Part shown: one piece after another, positions 1 to 5,777 of the stretch
Layout: each line of letters starts with the position of its first letter
How positions within the stretch are numbered: position 1 is the stretch's first letter
Source: Planctomycetota bacterium
GTDB lineage: Bacteria > Planctomycetota > B15-G4 > SIAN01
Reading direction: 5' to 3'
Length of the DNA: 64,000 nucleotides
Assembly: GCA_009691715.1 (NCBI GenBank)
Contig: SIAN01000016.1
Span: 389 to 64,388, forward strand
Made by a program: the position numbers and the translations under genes
The notes under the pieces: generated by a model
The model's database searches: none
Told to the model about the DNA's origin: nothing
What the model saw: the letters and a program-made list of their open reading frames with translations, nothing else

Positions 1-987
1 TGCTTCCCCTACGGCGGCTTCCACGCCGAGCGCGTGAAGCTCGCGGTCTATCGACCAAGCTGGCTCGACGAGGAGCGGGTGACTTTTACGCTTCAGGCGG
101 CCCGCGTGGCAGCGAGTCTCGCACCGGCCGGCTCGGTCGTGCCGATCTCCACGCTCGCCGGCTCGTGCAAGGAGTTCGGTGGTAGTGATGCGATCGATGC
201 CGCGATCGCCCGCAACCTCGCGCGAGTCGCCGCCGAGCTCGCGACACTGCGCGCCGAAACCGGGCGCGAAATCGTGCTCTGCCTTGAACCAGAACCGTTC
301 ACGACGCTTGAAACCAGCGCTGAAGCGGTTGCATTCTTCCGGGAGCATGTCCACTCCCGCGCCACTCGCGCGGCATTCGTCGCTGCCGGTGGATCGAGCA
401 TCGACGCCGATGATGCGCTCACCCGCCACGTGGGCGTCTGCTTCGACGCGTGCCATCAGGCGGTCGAGTTCGAGGAGTCGGCCGCGGCCCTTGATCGATT
501 GATCGCTGGCGGCGTGCGAATCGGCAAGCTGCAGCTGTCGAATGCGCTGGCGATCCGGCCGGAGATCGATCGCGCGGCCACGCTTGCCGAGCTTTCGTCG
601 TTCGTTGAGCCACGTTGGCTCCATCAAGCGCTCCTTCGCGCGCCGGATGGGAGGATCGATCGGCACCTCGACTTGGCCGCGGGGATGACTGCGCTGTCGA
701 GCGCCTCGCCAGGCACCGAGATGCGGGTCCACTACCATGTGCCGATCGATCGATCGGCGTTGGGCGTCCTCGCCACCACCCGTCGCGAACTTGGCGAAGC
801 CGTCACTGCAGCGTTGGCGACACGGGCGACGGACTGCCTCGAAGTCGAGACTTACACGTTCCCTTCGCTGCCAAAAGTCGCAGAGCAGCGCCCGCTGGTC
901 GAAGCGCTGATCGGGGAGCTTCGATTCGCACGCCGGCTGATTGACGAAAGTGAGCCGATGTCGACCCATCGCGATTTAGAATCATGA
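1..987 (+). CDS. eboE: EboE-like TIM-barrel sugar-phosphate isomerase/epimerase family protein (5' end outside window)
   Basis: Frame 1 is open from nt 1 (CFPYGGFHAERVKLAVYRPSW...), upstream of the GTG at 34 used by the ORF track. FPYGGFH..VK..VY.P.W and ..ISTL.G.. resemble EboE family motifs from memory. TGA stop at 985-987. Confidence 0.6.
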   Translation, partial: CFPYGGFHAERVKLAVYRPSWLDEERVTFTLQAARVAASLAPAGSVVPISTLAGSCKEFGGSDAIDAAIARNLARVAAELATLRAETGREIVLCLEPEPFTTLETSAEAVAFFREHVHSRATRAAFVAAGGSSIDADDALTRHVGVCFDACHQAVEFEESAAALDRLIAGGVRIGKLQLSNALAIRPEIDRAATLAELSSFVEPRWLHQALLRAPDGRIDRHLDLAAGMTALSSASPGTEMRVHYHVPIDRSALGVLATTRRELGEAVTAALATRATDCLEVETYTFPSLPKVAEQRPLVEALIGELRFARRLIDESEPMSTHRDLES

Positions 988-1201
988 ACATCGACGTTGC
1001 GATGCCGCGGGATGTAGTCGAGGCGGCGGATCGCGAGTCGTCCAACAGCGCGCTGTCACGAGTTTCCAGACGCCGGGTCACGAACCAACCGTCGACTGCT
1101 ATGAACGGATGCCAGATTCGGTCGATCCTCCGGTCGGCGCTGCGGCAAACGCGGTCGGTCGCGTTCTTTCGCTCGGGCAAATCACTCCAGGAGCCAATGT
1201 C

Positions 1202-1279
1202 ATGCGGAGATTGTTCATGAGCGCCGCGATCTCGGCAATCGCTGCGTTCGCGCTCGCACCCGACCTCAGCGGTGGCTGA
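1202..1279 (+). other. 25-codon signal-peptide-like ORF (MRRLFMSAAISAIAAFALAPDLSGG) ending at TGA 1277-1279, in frame with the 1325..2011 ORF; possible true N-terminus via UGA recoding
   Basis: ATG 1202 lies 8 nt after CAGGAG (1188-1193). Same frame (frame 2) as 1325..2011 with no other stop in between. Paralogous copy at 2421..2498. Confidence 0.5.
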
Positions 1280-1286
1280 TGCGGTG

Positions 1287-1309
1287 GCGGGGGCGCCGGA
1301 GGCGCCCGC
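1287..1309 (+). promoter_or_regulatory. GC-rich bulged hairpin starting 8 nt after TGA 1277-1279 (candidate SECIS-like or recoding element)
   Basis: Hand-folded: 1291-1297 pairs with 1301-1307, GG bulge at 1289-1290, 1287-1288 pairs with 1308-1309, G-rich apical loop (GGA or CGGAG). Confidence 0.3.
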
Positions 1310-1324
1310 GGAGGTGGTGGTGGG

Positions 1325-2011
1325 ATGCGAAGCGGTGGTGGCCTGTCACGACAGGGCACTTCAAGCGTCGCGCGACTCCAGATGAAGTGGGAGACGCCAA
1401 AACTCGACCTTTACGACGGCGTCGATCAGGAGAACTTCTTCTCGGTGCTGCCAGATGATTTCGCGGCCGCTGGACAACCGCTGATCGTGATGCTCGGCAG
1501 CGACCAGCCGGAAGCCGCGCAGAAGATCACCGATCTCGAGACGAAGATCTTCGGCGACGAGAACGTGGCGGTCGGTGCCCGGCTGTTCCGCGCAGTTCGC
1601 CTGAAGGGCGACAAAATTACGAAGAGCCACGCGTTCTGGAACACCATCGGCGGGAAAGAGCTTCCGCGCGTGGTGATCATCGATGCGACCGGCCGCAAGG
1701 CGGGCGATCTCGAAGGTGGCGACCTGTCGGCTTCGAGCCTCTTCAAGGTGATGAAGAAGGCAGCGTCGAAGACGTACAAGACCGACCTCGACAAGGTGGT
1801 CAAGTCGACGCGGGAACTGCTCGACGAGATGGACCAGATCGAGGCGAAGCAGAAGCTGCTTTTGGAGCAGAAGAAGACGGCGAAGGGCGGCAAGATCCTG
1901 CAGATCGCCGCAGAGGAGGAGTCGCTCGCGAAGGCGTTGAAGAACGTCCAGACGCGCGACGCCGAGTTGCTGAAGAAGTACGGCGACGATCGCAAGGTGA
2001 CGAAGGGTTGA
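1325..2011 (+). CDS. Conserved hypothetical protein, paralog A: alpha/beta domain (possibly thioredoxin-like, no CxxC) plus Lys/Glu-rich C-terminal coiled coil
   Basis: ORF track 228 aa. Alignable over its whole length with 2523..3167 (KWETPKLDLYDG vs KWDDPKFNTYDG; both end ..DRKVTK[GA]). High GC3. Homology starts near 1382; the true start may be 1202 via UGA recoding. Confidence 0.85.
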   Translation: MRSGGGLSRQGTSSVARLQMKWETPKLDLYDGVDQENFFSVLPDDFAAAGQPLIVMLGSDQPEAAQKITDLETKIFGDENVAVGARLFRAVRLKGDKITKSHAFWNTIGGKELPRVVIIDATGRKAGDLEGGDLSASSLFKVMKKAASKTYKTDLDKVVKSTRELLDEMDQIEAKQKLLLEQKKTAKGGKILQIAAEEESLAKALKNVQTRDAELLKKYGDDRKVTKG

Positions 2012-2061
2012 GCCGGATTGCCTGAGTCGGACTGAACTTCGGAATACGAATCGTGTTTTGC

Positions 2062-2098
2062 GCGGGGCGTCGCATGACTTGCGACGCCCCGCTTTTTT
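2062..2098 (+). terminator. Rho-independent terminator after paralog A
   Basis: gcggggcgtcgca / tgcgacgccccgc stem (about 13 bp) followed by TTTTTT. Confidence 0.8.
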
Positions 2099-2288
2099 CT
2101 CGTTCGACCACCGCTCGGCGCCGTTCGCCGCGGGGATGGATCGGATTGTCATCCGAAATATCAATACAAGACGTCGAGAATGCGAGTTCCGGCGCACTGC
2201 GTTACGAGGGCCGGATCCGCATCCGATCCGCGCCGCCGCGAGACCTGTTCAAAAGATTTCAGTCACAGGACTTGCAACGTTTCAGCGT

Positions 2289-2303
2289 TGGCGGCGTAAT
2301 TGC
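2289..2303 (+). promoter_or_regulatory. Possible sigma54 (-24/-12) promoter upstream of paralog B
   Basis: TGGCGGCGTAATTGC: GG and GC at the canonical spacing of TGGCACG-N4-TTGC. About 118 nt upstream of ATG 2421. The -24 half deviates from consensus (GG instead of AC). Confidence 0.3.
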
Positions 2304-2420
2304 CGACCGTGCGAGGGGTGCGAGCGGGGACCGGCGTTCCGGTCCGTCGTCCGTGTACGCCGGGGATCGTCCTCAGGACTGCAACTCGGGACTTCTACAG
2401 AATTTCAGGAGTCGACTTCG

Positions 2421-2498
2421 ATGCGGAGCTTCGTGTTGGCCGGTGCGATGGCGGTCATTGCCGCCCTCGCGATCACGCCTGACCTCAAAGGTGGCTGA
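2421..2498 (+). other. 25-codon signal-peptide-like ORF (MRSFVLAGAMAVIAALAITPDLKGG) ending at TGA 2496-2498, in frame with the 2523..3167 ORF; possible true N-terminus via UGA recoding
   Basis: ATG 2421 lies 9 nt after CAGGAG (2406-2411). Frame 3, same as 2523..3167. Read through, the junction is DLKGG-[TGA]-GGGRCGAS-MARIEYKW. Confidence 0.5.
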
Positions 2499-2510
2499 GG
2501 CGGCGGACGC

Positions 2511-2532
2511 TGCGGCGCCAGTATGGCGCGCA
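2511..2532 (+). promoter_or_regulatory. Bulged hairpin 12 nt after TGA 2496-2498 (candidate bacterial SECIS-like element)
   Basis: Hand-folded: 2511-2513 pairs with 2530-2532, bulged G2514, 2515-2519 pairs with 2525-2529, 5-nt loop AGUAU containing GU. Layout resembles the minimal E. coli fdhF SECIS as I remember it. Confidence 0.4.
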
Positions 2533-3167
2533 TCGAGTACAAGTGGGACGATCCGAAGTTCAACACCTACGACGGGCTCAATCTCGAGAGCCTCTACTCG
2601 GCACTTCCCGAGCAGTACAAAGTGGCCGGCAAGCCGACGCTCGTCTTCATGACCAGCGATCTTGCTGACGACGCGCAGTACATGAAGAACGTTGACGCGA
2701 CGACGCTGATGGACGAGAACATCCAGATTGGCGCCGGCATGTTTCAGCAGATGAAGATCAACGGGAACAAGATCAAAGAGAACAACCCGTTCTGGAAGAT
2801 CCTCGGCGGCAAGCAGTTGCCGCGGATGGTTGTCGTCGATGCAGCTGGCGCAAAGGTCGGTTCGGTCGAAGGCCAGGACATTTCGCCGTCGAAGGTGTTC
2901 GCGCTCATGAAGCGCGGCGCGAGCAAGATCTACAAGACTGACCTCGAGACGATCGTCAAGGAATCCAAGACGATCCTGACTGAGATCGACCAGATCGAGG
3001 CGAAGCGCTCCGCGCTTGAGACCAAGAAGTCGAAGTCGACCGCGAACAAGGGCGCGGAGTGGGCCAAGGAAGAGAAGGTCCTGAACGAGCAGATGAAGGC
3101 TGTCGAGGCGCGCGATCTCGCGTTGAAGAAGAAGTGGAACGAGGATCGGAAGGTCACGAAGGCCTGA
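2523..3167 (+). CDS. Conserved hypothetical protein, paralog B: alpha/beta domain (possibly thioredoxin-like, no CxxC) plus coiled coil
   Basis: ORF track 214 aa. Paralog of 1325..2011. High GC3. TGA stop. Confidence 0.85.
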   Translation: MARIEYKWDDPKFNTYDGLNLESLYSALPEQYKVAGKPTLVFMTSDLADDAQYMKNVDATTLMDENIQIGAGMFQQMKINGNKIKENNPFWKILGGKQLPRMVVVDAAGAKVGSVEGQDISPSKVFALMKRGASKIYKTDLETIVKESKTILTEIDQIEAKRSALETKKSKSTANKGAEWAKEEKVLNEQMKAVEARDLALKKKWNEDRKVTKA

Positions 3168-3225
3168 TCGATCGAGTCGAGTGCCGAGACGCCCCGCAGC
3201 TCTCAGCGCAACCAGCAAGCTGATC

Positions 3226-3271
3226 GAAAACGACACAGCCCGGGCGGAAACGCCCGGGCTGTGTCGTTTTC
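3226..3271. terminator. Perfect 21-bp hairpin with GAAA tetraloop (A-run / T-run arms, potentially a bidirectional terminator)
   Basis: gaaaacgacacagcccgggcg-gaaa-cgcccgggctgtgtcgttttc, read directly. Lies 59 nt after the paralog B stop. Confidence 0.85.
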
Positions 3272-3435
3272 TTACAGCGCCGTCATGCGCGGTCGGGTTG
3301 CCGCCGCCGGGCGCCGCTTCGGTTTCACCAGTTCATCGCTGGTGGGCTCTTGGTCGATCAATAGAGCGAATGACTGCGGTGCGCGTCCTTGGTAGCGCGA
3401 GCTAACGTCACTGCCGTCGCGTCGCGTCTGAGGCA

Positions 3436-4578
3436 GTGTTCGTCTTGAGATCGCGAATGGCCACTACGCCTTCAATCAAGCGCACGGTCGCCTTCGCGCC
3501 CTCGCCGGGAACCGTGGAGGCAGCGGCGCTCGATGCTCCGAGCTCGGCGACAGCGGCAAAGCTTTCGCGCGAGCCGGCCGATCGACGATTCGTCCGCGCC
3601 GTGATGATCGACTTGGCGGGGCGCTCACCGCTTGAGGTCGAATGGACTGCGGCGAACGGCAAGCCGCGCGGTGAGTGGGTCCACATGGTGGCGCGGAGCA
3701 TCGCTGCCGCCGAGAGCTTCTATGAAGAAGAGCTCTTCTACTTCCTGCTGATCGACAACTTCCGGCCGTCAACGGACGCCTTCATCGAAATCCCGCAGAT
3801 GTTGGTCGAGCACAAGATCTCGACGCGCGAGATGCTCCGGCAAATTGTGTCGAGCCAGTTCTTCAACTCCCGCAACCCTGGCAACGACACCTTCGTCACG
3901 GTCGTGCTCGAACAGTTGCTTGGCTTCACGGTGCAAAAGGAGCCGGCGGTACTCGATGCTGGCAAGCGGATGTACGACGGGTACACGGCCAACTTCCTGG
4001 GCAAGTCGGGATCAAGTCAGGCTGATCTAGTGAGGATCGCGGTCGAGCACTTGAGCCTTGAGTCGTGCTTCCTCTCCCGACGATTCACTTCGATCTTCGT
4101 CGATGATCCGCCGAAGAAAAGGCTCGCTGCGGACGCCGCGCGGCTGCGAGCCGATCCGCTTGCATGGTCGGAGATCGTTGCCGGCTGGATCAACTCGCAG
4201 GCTTACGACGAACGCCTCGCCAAACCGCGTCCGAAGAGTGATCGCGTCTTCGTGCGATCGCTCTACGCCGACCTGTTCGGCCGAGTGCCGGACTACCAAG
4301 AGTTCCGGCGCTGTCGAAACGCGCTGCTGGCGCTGTCGGACTCGCGGCCGCTCCGCTCCGTCCTGATCAAGTTGATGCTCGACTCCGATGCGGCGGATGC
4401 CCTTGCCGCCGCGGCGGTCGATCGCAATGGCTACGTGCGTGAACGATTCCTGCAGTTCCTGGGACGCGAACCGACGCAAGGCGAGAGCTCGGCCTTCGTG
4501 CGCGAGCTCGGCGATGGCGCGAATCCGAAGCTGCTGCTACGCGCGCTCCTTACCCATTCCGAGTACCAGAGCTACTGA
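3436..4578 (+). CDS. Hypothetical protein with repeated helical L(F/Y)xxLxGRxP motifs (DUF1800/DUF4214-like), partner of the downstream DUF1501-like gene
   Basis: ORF track 380 aa. Motifs VRSLYADLFGRVPDYQEF and RERFLQFLGREPTQGE. Start uncertain (GTG 3436 or ATG 3457). Confidence 0.7.
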   Translation: MFVLRSRMATTPSIKRTVAFAPSPGTVEAAALDAPSSATAAKLSREPADRRFVRAVMIDLAGRSPLEVEWTAANGKPRGEWVHMVARSIAAAESFYEEELFYFLLIDNFRPSTDAFIEIPQMLVEHKISTREMLRQIVSSQFFNSRNPGNDTFVTVVLEQLLGFTVQKEPAVLDAGKRMYDGYTANFLGKSGSSQADLVRIAVEHLSLESCFLSRRFTSIFVDDPPKKRLAADAARLRADPLAWSEIVAGWINSQAYDERLAKPRPKSDRVFVRSLYADLFGRVPDYQEFRRCRNALLALSDSRPLRSVLIKLMLDSDAADALAAAAVDRNGYVRERFLQFLGREPTQGESSAFVRELGDGANPKLLLRALLTHSEYQSY

Positions 4579-4602
4579 GTCGAACTGACGAGGAGGCTTC
4601 CG

Positions 4603-5766
4603 ATGGGACAGCGCAACTTCGATCCAGTCACGCGACGCGGCTTCCTCAAGGCAGGCGCGGCGATCGCGGGTGCCGCGGCGCTCCAAGGGCCGCTGCTTGG
4701 CGCTCTCGGACCGACGTCCTCCTCCAAGACCAAGCGCGTGCTTCTGGTGCTCTTTGCCGGCGGAGTCCGCAGCAAGGACACGATCGGCACGCCTGCGAAT
4801 GTCCCGAATCTGATGCGGCTCGCGGAGAAGGGCATCGTGTTGCCGAATTGCAGGTCGGCCAACCTCGGTCATTACGGCGCGTCGCTCTCGATCCTGACCG
4901 GGGTCCCGGAGTACATGGGGATCCGCGAGAACTCACGCGGCTACAACCCAACGATTTTCGAGTACGTCCGCAAGGAGCTGACGCTGCCTGCGAGCGGCGC
5001 GTGGCTGTCGGCGAACAATGGGTCGCAGGGAGTCAACTTCGCCTACGGTCTGAACCGGCAGTGGGGCGCCCCTTACGGCGCCAACGTCATCGACGGCGAC
5101 GGGATCTTCAACCAGGAGTTCCGAGAGGTCATCGGCCAGTTCGGGACGCCGCGCGCCGATTCGGCGAGTGACGCCGATGCGATGGCTCGGTTGCGTGGTG
5201 CGATCGAGCAGAAAGGCGACGGCAAGGCGGTGAACGACGAGGCGACCGCCGCGCGCGTCGAGAAGTACATCGTCGACGAACTGACCAAGAGTGAGACGGC
5301 AAGCCTTACCGGGCCGGGCGCGGGCGACGCCAAGGCGCTGCGCATCGCGGGGAACATCCTGCAGATCTTCAAGCCGACGCTCACGTGCGTCTCGCTCACC
5401 AACGCCGATGTCGCGCATGGCTCGTACAACGCTTACGTCGACGTCATCAAGCGCAACGACCAGGAACTTGGACGCATTCTCGACGCCGTGCAGCAGGACG
5501 CGGGGCTGCGCGACTCGACCTCGGTTTTCGTGGTACCTGAATTCGGTCGTGACAAGAACCTGAATCAGCGCAATGGTCTCGACCACGGCGACGGCTCCGA
5601 GGAGCTGAACAGGGTGGCCTGCGTCGCATGGGGCCCCGATTTCAAATCAGGGAAGACGATCACCACCGACTGCGACACCATTGACCTCTGCCCGACGATC
5701 TGTCGCATGCTCGGAGTCGAGGCGCCGCTGGCGCGTGGCAAGATCCTGCCGCGATTGCTCGGCTGA
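4603..5766 (+). CDS. DUF1501-like (sulfatase/alkaline-phosphatase superfamily) protein with twin-arginine signal
   Basis: GAGGAGG lies 7 nt before the ATG. N-terminus ..VTRRGFLKAGAAIAGAAALQG is a Tat motif. C-terminal ..NGLDHGDG.. is typical of DUF1501 (from memory). Confidence 0.75.
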   Translation: MGQRNFDPVTRRGFLKAGAAIAGAAALQGPLLGALGPTSSSKTKRVLLVLFAGGVRSKDTIGTPANVPNLMRLAEKGIVLPNCRSANLGHYGASLSILTGVPEYMGIRENSRGYNPTIFEYVRKELTLPASGAWLSANNGSQGVNFAYGLNRQWGAPYGANVIDGDGIFNQEFREVIGQFGTPRADSASDADAMARLRGAIEQKGDGKAVNDEATAARVEKYIVDELTKSETASLTGPGAGDAKALRIAGNILQIFKPTLTCVSLTNADVAHGSYNAYVDVIKRNDQELGRILDAVQQDAGLRDSTSVFVVPEFGRDKNLNQRNGLDHGDGSEELNRVACVAWGPDFKSGKTITTDCDTIDLCPTICRMLGVEAPLARGKILPRLLG

Positions 5767-5777
5767 GCGGCGCCACA

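Noticed and set aside
803-1180. 125-aa minus-strand ORF in the gap after eboE
   Set aside because: It overlaps the eboE 3' end by about 185 nt and has no motifs and poor coding character.
1277-2498. Genome-wide reassignment of TGA (to Gly or Trp) as the explanation for the in-frame TGAs
   Set aside because: Nearly all confident genes in the window (eboE, mazG, pyrG, ftsK, priA and others) terminate at TGA, so TGA is the standard stop codon here. Only local recoding or uORFs remain as explanations.
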